Shown here: positions 1 to 10,294 of the stretch, piece after piece
Layout of the letters: every line of letters begins with the position of its first letter
Position numbering within the stretch: the stretch's first letter is position 1
Assembly (NCBI GenBank): GCA_036654235.1
Contig: JAVVSK010000001.1
Coordinates: 7,758 to 71,757, forward strand
Direction of reading: 5' to 3'
Source of the DNA: Clostridia bacterium
GTDB taxonomy: Bacteria > Bacillota > Clostridia > Christensenellales > CAG-138
Length of the DNA stretch: 64,000 nt
Notes under the pieces: generated by a model
Told to the model about the DNA's origin: nothing
What the model saw: only the letters and a program-made list of their open reading frames with translations
Databases searched by the model: none
Position numbers and translations under genes: made by a program

Positions 1-11
1 ACCTAGACTAT

Positions 12-1424
12 TTGCGCCCTATAGAGGACAATGCTTTTGATGTAGTTTATCTTGGCGAATATTCTTCATACGCAGTCTATGAGCCAAGCGGAAATCTGAC
101 TTATGGTGTTGGCTATAAGATCCATATAAGTAGTCTAACGAATCTTGTTATCGAAACTTTTCGCATTGAAGAAAGGGTCGATACAAAAATCTATATTTTT
201 GACGATGAATTCAATATAGTCGATTTTGACGATGACAGCGGTACATATGGCGGCTTCTCACGCGTTGTAATAAATAAAGAAAAAGGCATTGATGGTGATT
301 ATTCGCTTCTTGTATGCGGTTACGATTCTAACAGTACAGGCAGCTTTGCCCTGGCTATAAGCTCAAATAGTGGAAATCCCGACGGAGAACCGACGGATCC
401 ACCGGAGAGCCCGACGCCGACTTTAACGCCAAGCCCGACGCCGACGCAAACTCCAAGACCTACGCCGACTTTAACCCCAAGACCTACGCCAACGCAAACT
501 CCAAGACCTACGACGACGGCAACGCCTATTCCCGGAGGAGTTGTATTTAATAATGTATCTGTACCAGAGGATGGGGATGCGGTTATGTACAACAGGGCAT
601 ATGCCCTTGTCGGAACGGTGCATTCTGATTTTCCCATTGAAAGCGTTTCGGTTACAATAACCGATATTGCGAAAAACACGGTTGAAATTTCCGCGGTTTC
701 CGGCGGAATAAGCTACGAAGGCGCACCGGTATATGATTTTTCATTGAACGGCGGTAGTAATTCAATCGACAGCAAGATAGCCTTTGCATCTTTGACGGTC
801 GGAGAAAAGACCTTTGAGCTTTTTGTAAAGCTGAAGGGTAGAGATGAGGTTTTAATATACAGCAGCGATTTTTATGTAAAAGTTATGCAGGGGAATATTT
901 TGGGACAGGTCTATAATGGCTCTACTCTCATAACATCCGCCGAAACGCTTAATGCGTTAGCAGACTACCTAAGCTCTTTGGACATGACGGAAACAGGGAA
1001 TCAGGTTCTCTTAGAGGGGCTTAGATATATAGGCACTACATACGGGACAAGCGAAGGTCAGTTGGATTGTAGTAAATTTACTCAGACGGCATATGCAAAC
1101 GGCGCGGATATATCGCTTCCGCGTATCGCCGCCGAACAAGCGCGGTATTGTTATACTCATGATTTTATTATTGAAAACGAAGAAGATTTAATACCCGGAG
1201 ACCTTGTTTTTCACCGTCAAAAGTCGTCTAACTGTGATTGCGGTAGGTTTATGGAGATTCACCATGTCGCAATGTACCTTGGTAATGTAAATTCTGTTCG
1301 TTATTTTATCGAATCCTCATCAAGCAGGCGAAAGGTTTGTATAAGGGTTTTCTGGGGCAGTACCAACTATGATTCGAGTTCTGATTGGTATATACCTATA
1401 ATGGGAAGACCAAGGTCAAACTAA
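12..1424 (+). CDS. Secreted peptidoglycan hydrolase: PPC-like N-terminal domain, Pro/Thr linker, C-terminal NlpC/P60 domain (5' end probably upstream of window)
   Basis: 470-codon ORF. The frame is open from nt 3 and nt 12 is only a TTG, so the true start is likely upstream. DDDSGTYGG...LLVCGYDSNSTGSFALAIS resembles pre-peptidase C-terminal (PPC) domains. PTPTLTPSPTPTQTPR forms a linker. C-terminal GQLDCSKFTQ...GDLVFH...IHHVAMYLG fits the NlpC/P60 Cys/His pattern. Confidence 0.8.
   Translation: MRPIEDNAFDVVYLGEYSSYAVYEPSGNLTYGVGYKIHISSLTNLVIETFRIEERVDTKIYIFDDEFNIVDFDDDSGTYGGFSRVVINKEKGIDGDYSLLVCGYDSNSTGSFALAISSNSGNPDGEPTDPPESPTPTLTPSPTPTQTPRPTPTLTPRPTPTQTPRPTTTATPIPGGVVFNNVSVPEDGDAVMYNRAYALVGTVHSDFPIESVSVTITDIAKNTVEISAVSGGISYEGAPVYDFSLNGGSNSIDSKIAFASLTVGEKTFELFVKLKGRDEVLIYSSDFYVKVMQGNILGQVYNGSTLITSAETLNALADYLSSLDMTETGNQVLLEGLRYIGTTYGTSEGQLDCSKFTQTAYANGADISLPRIAAEQARYCYTHDFIIENEEDLIPGDLVFHRQKSSNCDCGRFMEIHHVAMYLGNVNSVRYFIESSSSRRKVCIRVFWGSTNYDSSSDWYIPIMGRPRSN
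414..509 (+). repeat. 2 x 48-bp in-frame tandem repeat encoding the PTPTLTP(S/R)PTPTQTPR linker
   Basis: Units 414-461 and 462-509 differ at only a few positions (acgccgactttaacgccaagcccgacgccgacgcaaactccaagacct versus acgccgactttaaccccaagacctacgccaacgcaaactccaagacct). Confidence 0.85.
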
Positions 1425-1460
1425 GATTACAGTTAGAAATAAAACTCTGTTTTTATAAAA

Positions 1461-1506
1461 GCAATAGGAATTTGCCATTTGAAACAAATTCCTATTGCTT
1501 TTTTTG
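1461..1506. terminator. Bidirectional intrinsic terminator between convergent genes
   Basis: 14-bp perfect stem gcaataggaatttg (1461-1474) / caaattcctattgc (1485-1498). It is followed by a T-run on the + strand and preceded by an A-run (a T-run for the - strand). Confidence 0.75.
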
Positions 1507-1521
1507 AGGTTTTATTTTTAT

Positions 1522-2826
1522 TCAATATACTTCATATATTAAGTCCCTATTTGGCGGGCGAATGTCGCTTATATCTATGCTGTTCTCTAAAAGCCGAATG
1601 GCAGGTTCAATTTTGCTTTCATCGTTAACATAAATGGTTGCAATAATATCACCTTCTCTTACCCAGTCACCAATTCTTGCGTTTAATATTAAACCAACAT
1701 CATGATCTATTTCGTCGGTCAAAACGGTGCGGGAAGCCCCGAGAAAACCAACAGTACGCCCAATATTCAATGCATCAATTGAGAAGATATATCCGCTTTG
1801 TTTAGCGGAGAGAGGTACGCGTTTTTTTACTTTAATAAGTTGCTCCGGTTGGTCAAAAATTGCGGTATCTCCACCTAAATCATCAATCATTCTTTTAAAA
1901 TTAGATAATCCATCTCCACTTTTAAGCGCTGAAAGTACAGCTGCCTCAGCGTCTTTTTGACCAAAAATACCTACAATTGCCAACATTTTTGCGGCAATAG
2001 AAAGCGAAAGACGAACGAGCCTATCGTTTAGGTCAAATTTTCCGCCTAAAATTGTTATCGCCTCATAGAGTTCAAGCCCATTGCCTACAGCTTTTCCGAG
2101 CGGTTCGTTCATATCCGTTATGAACGCAGCACATTTCTTATCAAATGCATGTCCAATATTCAACATAGCTTGAGCCAGCTTTTTGGCGCTTTCGATATCT
2201 TTCATAAATGCACCGTTTCCGACCTTTATATCAAGCACTATAGCGTCAGCTCCCATCGCAATTTTTTTACTCATTATACTGGAAGCTATGAGCGGGATGC
2301 TCTCGACAGTAGCCGTTACGTTGCGCAAAGCGTATATAAGCTTATCTGCCGGGACAAGGTCGTCACTTTGACCAACTATACACATTCCGTTGCGCTTAAT
2401 AATATTTATGAAACGCGTTAGATCGATATCGGGACTATATCCGCTTATACTTTCGAGCTTATCTATAGTTCCTCCCGTATACCCTAGGGCGTGTCCGGAT
2501 ATTTTTGCGACAAAAGCGCCGGAAGCGGCGGCTATAGGTACGGCTATTAACGTTACGGTATCGGCGATGCCTCCTGTTGAATGTTTATCTACGGTAGGTG
2601 CGCCAACAGCGGAAAGGTTGAGAGTTTTGCCCGAAGCTATCATAGCTCTAGTTAAAAAAACGGTTTCGTTTTTTGTCATTCCCGAAAAGCATACTGCCAT
2701 GAGCCAGGCGGATAACTGATAATCCGGTATATCCCCATTTAACGCTCCGTTTATAATAAAATAAAGTTCATCTTCACTATTCGCGAACCCGTTGCGTTTT
2801 TTTTCTATCAGGTCTATCATTCTCAT
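1522..2826 (-). CDS. pdp: Pyrimidine-nucleoside (thymidine) phosphorylase
   Basis: 434 aa. N-terminal MIDLIEKKRNG...DYQLSAWLMAV...TVDKHSTGG and overall length are typical of the thymidine/pyrimidine-nucleoside phosphorylase family. Confidence 0.93.
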   Translation of the reverse strand: MRMIDLIEKKRNGFANSEDELYFIINGALNGDIPDYQLSAWLMAVCFSGMTKNETVFLTRAMIASGKTLNLSAVGAPTVDKHSTGGIADTVTLIAVPIAAASGAFVAKISGHALGYTGGTIDKLESISGYSPDIDLTRFINIIKRNGMCIVGQSDDLVPADKLIYALRNVTATVESIPLIASSIMSKKIAMGADAIVLDIKVGNGAFMKDIESAKKLAQAMLNIGHAFDKKCAAFITDMNEPLGKAVGNGLELYEAITILGGKFDLNDRLVRLSLSIAAKMLAIVGIFGQKDAEAAVLSALKSGDGLSNFKRMIDDLGGDTAIFDQPEQLIKVKKRVPLSAKQSGYIFSIDALNIGRTVGFLGASRTVLTDEIDHDVGLILNARIGDWVREGDIIATIYVNDESKIEPAIRLLENSIDISDIRPPNRDLIYEVY

Positions 2827-2843
2827 GCGAAAAGGCTCCTTCT

Positions 2844-5450
2844 TTATTGCGAAAGGCGTAAAAAATTTATAAGATCATCATTCATAAGCTCGGTTATACC
2901 CGCCTCGCCGACGCTCGGGATTATATTTTCGGCGAGAATGCGCTTTCCCTCTATAAGCTCATCAATCTTTTCTTCGAGAGTTCTGCTCATTATTAGTTTA
3001 TGCACTATTACGTTTTTATTTTGACCTATTCTATACGCCCTATCGGTGGCTTGATTTTCAATCGCCGGATTCCACCATCTATCAAAGTGTATAACATGGT
3101 TTGCCCCGGTCAAATTAAGTCCAATGCCGCCTGCCTTTATTGTCAACACCATAAACGGAACATATTCATCGCCGTTAAAAAGATTGACGATTTCCTGACG
3201 CTTATTTATAGGCACGGATCCGTTTATAGTAAGTCCGCTTACGCCAAAAATCCCGTTTAAGAAGTTTACGAGAGGTTCGCACATCTCTAAAAACTGAGTA
3301 AATATAAGTACACGCTCATGATTATCGCGAATTTCTTCGCAAAGCTCGCGAAGTCGTGTCATCTTTCCGCTATCACGTTCTAAATAGTTTTTAGCGCCAA
3401 GATATTGATCCGGATGATTACAAATTTGTTTTAGACGCATTATGCTTGAAAGGACAAGCCCACGTCTACCAATTCCTGTTGCCGTAAAAAGGCTTTTTTC
3501 GAGATTATCTAGAACACTTTGATATAGGGCGGTTTGTTTTCTCGTTAAAGAACAAAAGCTTTTCATCTCGATTTTTTCGGGAAGCTCCGGTATTATCGCC
3601 GTATCCGTCTTTAATCTTCTAAGAATAAACGGGGCTACAGTTCCTCTTAGCTTTGCCGAAACTTCTTTATTTGTTGACATGCTGGCGGCTATTCGCGAAA
3701 AGTCGGAGGCTGTCCCTAAGAGAGAAGGATTTAAAAAGTCAAATATTGACCATAGATCGCCTATATGGTTTTCGATTGGCGTACCGGTCATACATATTCG
3801 CGCATCCGCCTCTATTTTTTTTATCGCGCGCGCCTGTTTAGTTGCCGGGTTTTTTATAGCCTGCGCTTCGTCTAATATTATAGTGTCATATTTTCTCTGT
3901 CTCAGCTGTATGTCGCGCGTCGCCATGGTATAAGTCGTTATAAATAAGTCCGCTTCCGAATCGGGAATTGTTTGAACAACGCTATTGTGAAGCACCTTAA
4001 ATTTTATATTGGGCGCAAAACGTAAAAGCTCGTTTTGCCAGTTTTGGAGTAGAGAGGCGGGTATTATAAGAAGCGAAGGACGCGTCTTTTCGGAACGCAG
4101 TTTTTCGAGCAAAGCTATCGCCTGAACAGTTTTACCTAGACCCATATCGTCCGATAGGCAAGCGCCGAGCTTTAAAGTATGGAGAAAATAAAGCCAGTTT
4201 ACGCCAACTTGTTGATAGGGGCGAAGTTTCGTTAAAAATCCAGCTCCAACATCAATGTTTTTAAGGCGCTCAGGCATATTCATATCGTTAAATGTTTTTT
4301 TTAATATCTCGGCAAATTCATAATTTATTTTTCCGCCCTCAATTTCGCTATCATGCGTCATTAGCATAAGGCGCATAGCGTCCCTAAGCGTTATGTTACC
4401 ATATTCCATAAGCTCCTTTGCCTGTTCATAGGCATCGAGAGTTGCCTTTAGGCGCGCGGGATCAACATCTATCCATTTTCCCTTTATCATTATAAGCCCA
4501 TTTGCACGAGTTAAAAGCAGCTTTACCTCGTCCTCAGTTAATTCCTCACCTTCTACGGAAAGTGAGGCATTAAAGCTCAGTATCTCGTCCAAACCCAATA
4601 AAGATTTATTATCGTCGCCTATTTTCACAGTTATTTCAATCTTGCGGGAACGCTTTTTCCACCAGTTCGGTATTCTACAATTGAAGCCCATATCGCTAAA
4701 TTGTTTAACACTTTTTAATAGTTCATAAGCTTCATCTAAAGTCAGTGGGACGGAAGCTTTTATAGCTCCGCTTTTTATAAAACGTGCTAAAATTTCGTTC
4801 TTTAAAGCTATATTTTTAAGCTCCGCGCTTATATGTTGCTTTAAGGATTCGTTGCCATCGCTGTCAAAAATATTGCCTATGGTAAGTTGAATATGGGTTC
4901 CATCCTCTTGTTGCTTATCGTAGGTTATGAGCAATATAAAAGGATGAACGTCTTCGTCGGCGTTTTCGACTATATGTATAAAAAGATTTGCTCTTGCGTT
5001 AGCGGCAACTCGCTTTGTCTCTAAATATTCTTTTATTGTTGGCTGACCTTCAGTTATTGCGTTTTTTTCGGCGCTAGCTTTCATAATATTATAAAGATTT
5101 AAAACCCATTCGCGGGTTACGCAACCTTCGGTATAATCATAAGGTGCGCGCGAAACAATATAATCGATAGTAGTATTATCCGGAAGAGAATCTCCTCGAA
5201 TGAGATTTTCCATAAGTAAAACAACGGTTACATGAAGAAAAAGAACGGAGCGAGACAGCTCATGTTGACGCAACTTTATAAAAGCAAGCTCGACAAAAAC
5301 GTCCTCCTCAGATTTAAGGTAGAGACAGAAAAGCTCGCGTTCGGTCATATTAAGCTCGACGTGATTATCAAATTCTAATTTACAGCCTTCTTGACAAAAA
5401 CGCGCTGTAAGCGAATGTTCAATGTTCTTTTTGGAAAAAAGTTTTTTCAA
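2844..5450 (-). CDS. SNF2-family helicase/ATPase with a roughly 400-aa N-terminal region of unknown function
   Basis: 868 aa. Helicase motifs LSDDMGLGKT (I), ILDEAQAIKN (II) and HFDRWWNPA...QATDRAYRIGQ (V/VI). An 18-nt gap to pdp suggests co-transcription. Confidence 0.9.
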   Translation of the reverse strand: MKKLFSKKNIEHSLTARFCQEGCKLEFDNHVELNMTERELFCLYLKSEEDVFVELAFIKLRQHELSRSVLFLHVTVVLLMENLIRGDSLPDNTTIDYIVSRAPYDYTEGCVTREWVLNLYNIMKASAEKNAITEGQPTIKEYLETKRVAANARANLFIHIVENADEDVHPFILLITYDKQQEDGTHIQLTIGNIFDSDGNESLKQHISAELKNIALKNEILARFIKSGAIKASVPLTLDEAYELLKSVKQFSDMGFNCRIPNWWKKRSRKIEITVKIGDDNKSLLGLDEILSFNASLSVEGEELTEDEVKLLLTRANGLIMIKGKWIDVDPARLKATLDAYEQAKELMEYGNITLRDAMRLMLMTHDSEIEGGKINYEFAEILKKTFNDMNMPERLKNIDVGAGFLTKLRPYQQVGVNWLYFLHTLKLGACLSDDMGLGKTVQAIALLEKLRSEKTRPSLLIIPASLLQNWQNELLRFAPNIKFKVLHNSVVQTIPDSEADLFITTYTMATRDIQLRQRKYDTIILDEAQAIKNPATKQARAIKKIEADARICMTGTPIENHIGDLWSIFDFLNPSLLGTASDFSRIAASMSTNKEVSAKLRGTVAPFILRRLKTDTAIIPELPEKIEMKSFCSLTRKQTALYQSVLDNLEKSLFTATGIGRRGLVLSSIMRLKQICNHPDQYLGAKNYLERDSGKMTRLRELCEEIRDNHERVLIFTQFLEMCEPLVNFLNGIFGVSGLTINGSVPINKRQEIVNLFNGDEYVPFMVLTIKAGGIGLNLTGANHVIHFDRWWNPAIENQATDRAYRIGQNKNVIVHKLIMSRTLEEKIDELIEGKRILAENIIPSVGEAGITELMNDDLINFLRLSQ

Positions 5451-5607
5451 AAATCAACCTCCCGGGGTATCTTGTTATTATACCCTGTAAGAGGCAATGT
5501 ATCAAGCTTTACTTTTGAGCAATTCTGCTTTTTAAAGATCAATAGCTGTTAAAAAAATTATGATTAGATGAAATTTATAGGATAAGCGGGGCGGATGTTT
5601 TAAAAAG

Positions 5608-6453
5608 CTACCATCTATCAACCGCAAAAAGTGTTTCCGATTCCGACGACTTAGGGGTATAGCCGTCCTTAAAGTTTTCGCATAAATTTATCATATTAAA
5701 GGGATCATATCTAAAGTCATACCGCCAATTGTAAATTGATGGTATTCGGGCAAGCTTAGCACCGGTAATTTTTAAAAGTGCTTTGACGCAAGAAAGCGCG
5801 GTTGATCCAAAGACTTCGTCAATGCAAAGAACCGAGTTTTCAATAGAACCGAACGCATATCCGTTTTCGCAGAAAAAGCAAAGAGCTGTTTCACGATATT
5901 CCATAAGTTTTATTTTCATAAAAGTTAAGTCGCGTTTAAACATGCCATTGACATTAGAATATGCATCATTATATATCGTTAGTAAGCTTTCGGGGTCCGG
6001 ATCAATAAGATCAAAATCGGGGACATCCGAAAGATTTTCGGAAGTGACTAAGTATTCTTTTCTTTTTACGAAAGTAAAAAAGCCGAATTTCTCATAAAAT
6101 CCGGAAACAGCGGGTTGTAATAAAATAGCGGCATAATCGGAGTTTTTTGCTAGAATTTTTACTTTTTCTATAAGGGCGCGCGAATAGCCCTTATTTCTCG
6201 CGTTTTTTGAGGTAGCGATACCCGAAAGAAATAATATTGGGACGGTTTTTCCGCCAAATTTCATATCCCTATGGAACATATGCAGCATAGAGAGTATATC
6301 TCCGTTTGTGTCGTCCAAATAGGTGAGGACGTTTTTAGGCGACGAGTAATTTTCATAAAAAAAATCCGAAAATCCAAGTTCGTCACCTAAAAAACATTCA
6401 TTCCAGAGATATTTTGATTTTTCATACAGTTCATCGTCCGCGAATCGAATCAT
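5608..6453 (-). CDS. GNAT-family N-acetyltransferase (Eis-like size and organisation)
   Basis: 281 aa. The acetyl-CoA pocket-like segment GIATSKNARNKGYSRALIEK is followed by LLQPAVSGFYEKFGF. Its start codon abuts the stop of the upstream gene. Confidence 0.7.
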   Translation of the reverse strand: MIRFADDELYEKSKYLWNECFLGDELGFSDFFYENYSSPKNVLTYLDDTNGDILSMLHMFHRDMKFGGKTVPILFLSGIATSKNARNKGYSRALIEKVKILAKNSDYAAILLQPAVSGFYEKFGFFTFVKRKEYLVTSENLSDVPDFDLIDPDPESLLTIYNDAYSNVNGMFKRDLTFMKIKLMEYRETALCFFCENGYAFGSIENSVLCIDEVFGSTALSCVKALLKITGAKLARIPSIYNWRYDFRYDPFNMINLCENFKDGYTPKSSESETLFAVDRW

Positions 6454-7638
6454 TTAATTAACATACCTTTGTCCTTCAAATAACGGTTCCTGACCGTTTT
6501 GAGCTTTTATAATAGCATAATCACCGGATATCGCGTAAACGTCTATTGGGACAGCGATAAGATTTTCCCCTATGTATACGTCGATGTATGCAAGCCCATC
6601 CATCATTTTAATTGCGCTTGTATTTACCTTCATTCCGGTTGCATCTTTTTTGACAGTCGCTTTTAGAGTTCGTTCACTTAGAAAGTTTTCAATATCTTGA
6701 TTAAATTCTATCAGGTTAAGAACACTTCCGTCCGAGATGTCAACGCGCACTGCTTTACCAATATACGGCGTATCGGGAAAACCCTCGAATGATACGACAT
6801 ATTCTTCGTTCGTTACGAGGCGCTTAGGACTATTATCGTCCGTCAAAAACGCAATGTACCAATGCATCCGGTTTACAAGCCTATATATTATATTGTTATC
6901 ACCGGAGAGAACCGAATATCCTGTTCCTTTTTTTATCTTACGAACCAACTCTGGGTTTAAAAGGTTAAGCTTCTCAAAATTTATAACCTGTTCATAACCA
7001 TCGAAATAAAAACTAACCGTTCCGGCATCTATAGCGACATAATCGCTCATCCATTCGGAGAGACCGGTCTTTTTTTCGGTTTCCAAAGCATAGAGCGCGT
7101 TTAGCTTTTCATTGGGCTGGGTTTTTTCCTTAAGCATTATTGCTCGGGAGGCGAGTAAGGTCTTCATCTCGCGTTCAAGCGTTAAAATATCGCCGTCTTT
7201 AGTCTTGGCAACTATTTGGCGAATATCATTGCTTATCTCTTTTAGACGCGCATTTGTCGTATTCAGCTCCTGAATATCGATACCTTCGTTTATCGCTATC
7301 TGTTCATTATAAATATTTTTTTGTACATTTAACAGAGCCTGCATTGTGTTTTCGCTGTAGCCCCATTTAAAAACTTGCGCTATAGGAGAATCTTTAACTA
7401 CATTACCGCCTTCGTCCGCGATATAAAATGCGCGCTCAAACTTTCCGGCACTGTAACATTTTTCATCGCGGATAACGACAGAGGTAATCGGAATATTGCA
7501 AGATAGGGATGCCGTCGTTAATACTCCCTCCTTATGTGGGCGCAACAAGAAATATAAAAGCCCACCCACGCATATAAATGCAATAAATAAAAATATAAAA
7601 AACTTTCCTTTGACGATCTTTTTTCTCTTTTTCACCAT
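6454..7638 (-). CDS. Membrane-anchored coiled-coil protein, HlyD/periplasmic-adaptor-like
   Basis: The ORF track gives 6454..7752. I prefer the ATG at 7638 (MVKKRKKIVKGKFFIFLFIAF...) because GGAGG lies 6-10 nt upstream and this removes the overlap with the dUTPase-like gene. There is one N-terminal TM helix, a long Lys/Glu-rich helical middle and a beta-rich C-terminus. The product call is weak. Confidence 0.55.
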   Translation of the reverse strand: MVKKRKKIVKGKFFIFLFIAFICVGGLLYFLLRPHKEGVLTTASLSCNIPITSVVIRDEKCYSAGKFERAFYIADEGGNVVKDSPIAQVFKWGYSENTMQALLNVQKNIYNEQIAINEGIDIQELNTTNARLKEISNDIRQIVAKTKDGDILTLEREMKTLLASRAIMLKEKTQPNEKLNALYALETEKKTGLSEWMSDYVAIDAGTVSFYFDGYEQVINFEKLNLLNPELVRKIKKGTGYSVLSGDNNIIYRLVNRMHWYIAFLTDDNSPKRLVTNEEYVVSFEGFPDTPYIGKAVRVDISDGSVLNLIEFNQDIENFLSERTLKATVKKDATGMKVNTSAIKMMDGLAYIDVYIGENLIAVPIDVYAISGDYAIIKAQNGQEPLFEGQRYVN

Positions 7639-7651
7639 TTGTAACCTCCGA

Positions 7652-8020
7652 TTATGCCTCGGTTTTGTAACCCGGTTTCTCAGATTTGCCGTATTGCCTA
7701 TCAAAATTTTCCCGGTTTTTTTCAGCGTAACGAGAAAATAATTCGTTTCCATCCATTCCCGCTCTTATACACATGCCCGTAAAAAAATGTAAAACATCGA
7801 CAAGTTCATCTTTCAGCTTATCATCATCTATCGGGTTTGCGTTTTTCCACCATTTAAAATTTACCTCGTCTAAAACCTCTGACAATTCGCTTATAGTCGC
7901 TAAAACGCCTTTTTGAATCCATTCGGATTTTGAAATACCGGCTAAGTTACGAAGCCTTACTATTTCGTCATCAAGACTCGCTTGCATTTCAAATATCATA
8001 TCTAATTTATCGGCTTTCAT
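7652..8020 (-). CDS. All-alpha (dimeric-type) dUTPase / MazG-like NTP pyrophosphohydrolase
   Basis: 122 aa. The pattern MIFEMQASLDDEI...ISELSEVLDEVNFKWWKN...DELVDVLHFF matches the dUTPase_2-type all-alpha family. A 4-nt ATGA overlap with the upstream M16 gene indicates an operon. Confidence 0.7.
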   Translation of the reverse strand: MKADKLDMIFEMQASLDDEIVRLRNLAGISKSEWIQKGVLATISELSEVLDEVNFKWWKNANPIDDDKLKDELVDVLHFFTGMCIRAGMDGNELFSRYAEKNRENFDRQYGKSEKPGYKTEA

Positions 8021-9285
8021 ATAGCAAAATTCTCAATAGCAGCTTTACAGGAACCGGTTCTTCCGACTAACGCCGTCGCCATTTTTGAAAAGTCAATTAC
8101 CATTTCCGTACATTGTTTTACATCGTCCATAGTTACGGCATTGAGAAGATCTATTGTCTCTTCATATGTGCGAACAGATCCGCGGAACAGGAGCGATTTT
8201 CCTATTGCACTTCCGCGTGCCGATGTACTTTCAAGACCCAAAATGAAGCTTCCGCGAAGCTGATTTTTACTCCTTAAAAATTCCTGTTTGGTAAAACCGT
8301 TATCCTTCAGGGAAAGTAATTCTTCAATAAGAAGCTCATATACGGTCGTTGCTTGTTTTTCGCCCGTACCCGCGTAGAGAGTAAAATATCCGGAGTTTTT
8401 ATATGCCGACGTATAGGAATAAACGGAATAAGCTAGTCCGCGCTGTTCACGGATTTTTTGAAAAAGTCTCGAACTCATGCTTCCGCCGAGAGCATTATTC
8501 ATAACTAAAAACGGCATCGACATAGGGTGATCTACCATAAACCCGGGGAGAGCTATACACATATGCACCTGTTCAACGTCTTTTTCAATTGCTATAAATT
8601 TACGCGAATTGTTTTCCGTTACGATAATGGGCTCGTTTTTTATATCGCGTTCACTGGTTTTAGAAAACGCACTCTCAAGCTCATTTAGCAAATTTTCCTT
8701 ATTGAAGCTTCCTGCGCAAGAAATTATTATATTTTTGGGAGTATAGTTTCTTTTCATATAGTCCGTAAGACTGTCATGTGTAAAAGCGCGAACAGATTCT
8801 TGGGTTCCTAAAATAGGCTTGGAAAGTGGGTCATCTTGATAGTAGAGCGAGCACGCCGCCTCATGTACAACGTCGTCCGGAGTATCCTCGGTCATAAGTA
8901 TTTCTTCGCATATTACGCCCTTTTCCTTTTCCATCTCGGTAGAGTCGAATTTAGAATTATATAGAATATCAGCCAACATGTCGGCGGCGATATGTAGGTT
9001 TTCGTTGAGTACGCGCGCGTAATAGCAGGTGCATTCCTTTGCGGTAAAGGCGTTCATATTCCCACCGATGCTGTCCATTTCGGCGGCTATTTCCAACGCT
9101 GAACGTTTCTCCGTACCCTTAAAGAGCATATGCTCAATAAAGTGAGAAGCGCCGCCCTCGTCCTCCCTTTCATAGACAGAACCTGTGTTTAGCCAAACGT
9201 TAAGCGCAACGGAATTAAAGCCGTCCATGCGTTCGCTTACGACGCGAATGCCGTTTTTAAGGGAGTCAACTTCAATTTTATTCAT
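8017..9285 (-). CDS. M16 (pitrilysin/insulinase) family zinc peptidase
   Basis: 422 aa. It has the inverted zinc motif HFIEHMLFKGT (HxxEH) near the N-terminus and a typical two-lobe length. Confidence 0.9.
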   Translation of the reverse strand: MNKIEVDSLKNGIRVVSERMDGFNSVALNVWLNTGSVYEREDEGGASHFIEHMLFKGTEKRSALEIAAEMDSIGGNMNAFTAKECTCYYARVLNENLHIAADMLADILYNSKFDSTEMEKEKGVICEEILMTEDTPDDVVHEAACSLYYQDDPLSKPILGTQESVRAFTHDSLTDYMKRNYTPKNIIISCAGSFNKENLLNELESAFSKTSERDIKNEPIIVTENNSRKFIAIEKDVEQVHMCIALPGFMVDHPMSMPFLVMNNALGGSMSSRLFQKIREQRGLAYSVYSYTSAYKNSGYFTLYAGTGEKQATTVYELLIEELLSLKDNGFTKQEFLRSKNQLRGSFILGLESTSARGSAIGKSLLFRGSVRTYEETIDLLNAVTMDDVKQCTEMVIDFSKMATALVGRTGSCKAAIENFAI

Positions 9286-9324
9286 TAAATTTATCCTTTC
9301 TATATGCTTTTTCTCAATTCACGC

Positions 9325-10011
9325 TCAACCGTTCGATATATTAGCAACCTCTCCGGTAGGAACGACGGATAATCCGGCGTTGGCGTAGAGGTCAAGGATA
9401 TCGGGCAATGCGTCAAACAGATGAGCCGTGGGCGAAACGGAGATTATGCTTCCCGGAACTAAACGTCTTTTTGCACGCGCGATTATCTCGTATTTTCCTC
9501 CGCGCGATGAAAGCAAATCCACTGTACAAAGTATACCCCAAATACGTTCTTTTTCGCAAGCAGAAGCGGTATTTGCAACATTTTTTTCACCGATAAAGTA
9601 AAACGCCGGTCTTTTACCGGTTATATTTTCTATTATTGATATCGAATCGCGTATATCGTCCTCAATTGGTCCATCAAGATAGTATCTCATGCCCATCGTT
9701 GCTATTTCGTGCCCATCGCTTGCTATTTTATTTAGCATGTCCTTATTGTCGACTGCCCATTCTCCGCTTACTATAAAGGTCATTTTTATACCGCGCGCAT
9801 TTACAAGATCCAATATGTTGCTTAAAGCGGCAGCATTATAACTGACGGTGCATTGAAATGCTATTTTTTTATCGCTCTCTCCCATGTATATTATGTTTGT
9901 ATTCATAGCGGGGAGCGTGCCTTCGCTATTCAGCGCAAAATACAGTGTGACTATTAATGCGACAATTATGATATTGACGCTCGCGTAACGCAGTTTATGA
10001 ATTTGATTCAT
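9325..10011 (-). CDS. Polysaccharide deacetylase (NodB-homology) family protein, membrane anchored
   Basis: 228 aa. N-terminal TM helix (VNIIIVALIVTLYFAL). TFIVSGEWAVDNKDMLNKIASDGHEIATMG resembles the NodB domain core. Confidence 0.75.
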   Translation of the reverse strand: MNQIHKLRYASVNIIIVALIVTLYFALNSEGTLPAMNTNIIYMGESDKKIAFQCTVSYNAAALSNILDLVNARGIKMTFIVSGEWAVDNKDMLNKIASDGHEIATMGMRYYLDGPIEDDIRDSISIIENITGKRPAFYFIGEKNVANTASACEKERIWGILCTVDLLSSRGGKYEIIARAKRRLVPGSIISVSPTAHLFDALPDILDLYANAGLSVVPTGEVANISNG

Positions 10012-10182
10012 ATATCCTCCTTAGATTCGCATCTTTTATATTTATTTAGTTTATGCGTAAAGCAATAGGTTAGATTACTAAAATTTAATATTTTAGGAAG
10101 CATTAGAATCGCAAATAAGCTTTTTTAATTTGAAAGTAAAGGATTGGATTTTGTAAATATATACACAAAGATCAAAACTAAA

Positions 10183-10233
10183 ATATAAAAACAAGAATTA
10201 CAATTTTCGGCAGAGGGGAAAATTGTAATTCTT
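10183..10233 (-). terminator. Strong intrinsic terminator (second of two in tandem downstream of yebC)
   Basis: Perfect 16-bp stem 10193-10208 / 10218-10233 (aagaattacaattttc / gaaaattgtaattctt) with a 9-nt loop. On the - strand it is followed by gtttttatattt. Confidence 0.65.
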
Positions 10234-10294
10234 TAATTCGGAAAGATCTGTAAACTGTGTTTGTAATAGGGATTTATAAAAAACTTAAGTACAA

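Noticed and set aside
320-679. 119-aa ORF antisense to the Pro/Thr linker of the NlpC/P60 gene
   Set aside because: It is a low-complexity Gly/Val-rich mirror of the PT-repeat. It lies entirely inside a well-supported gene and has no RBS.
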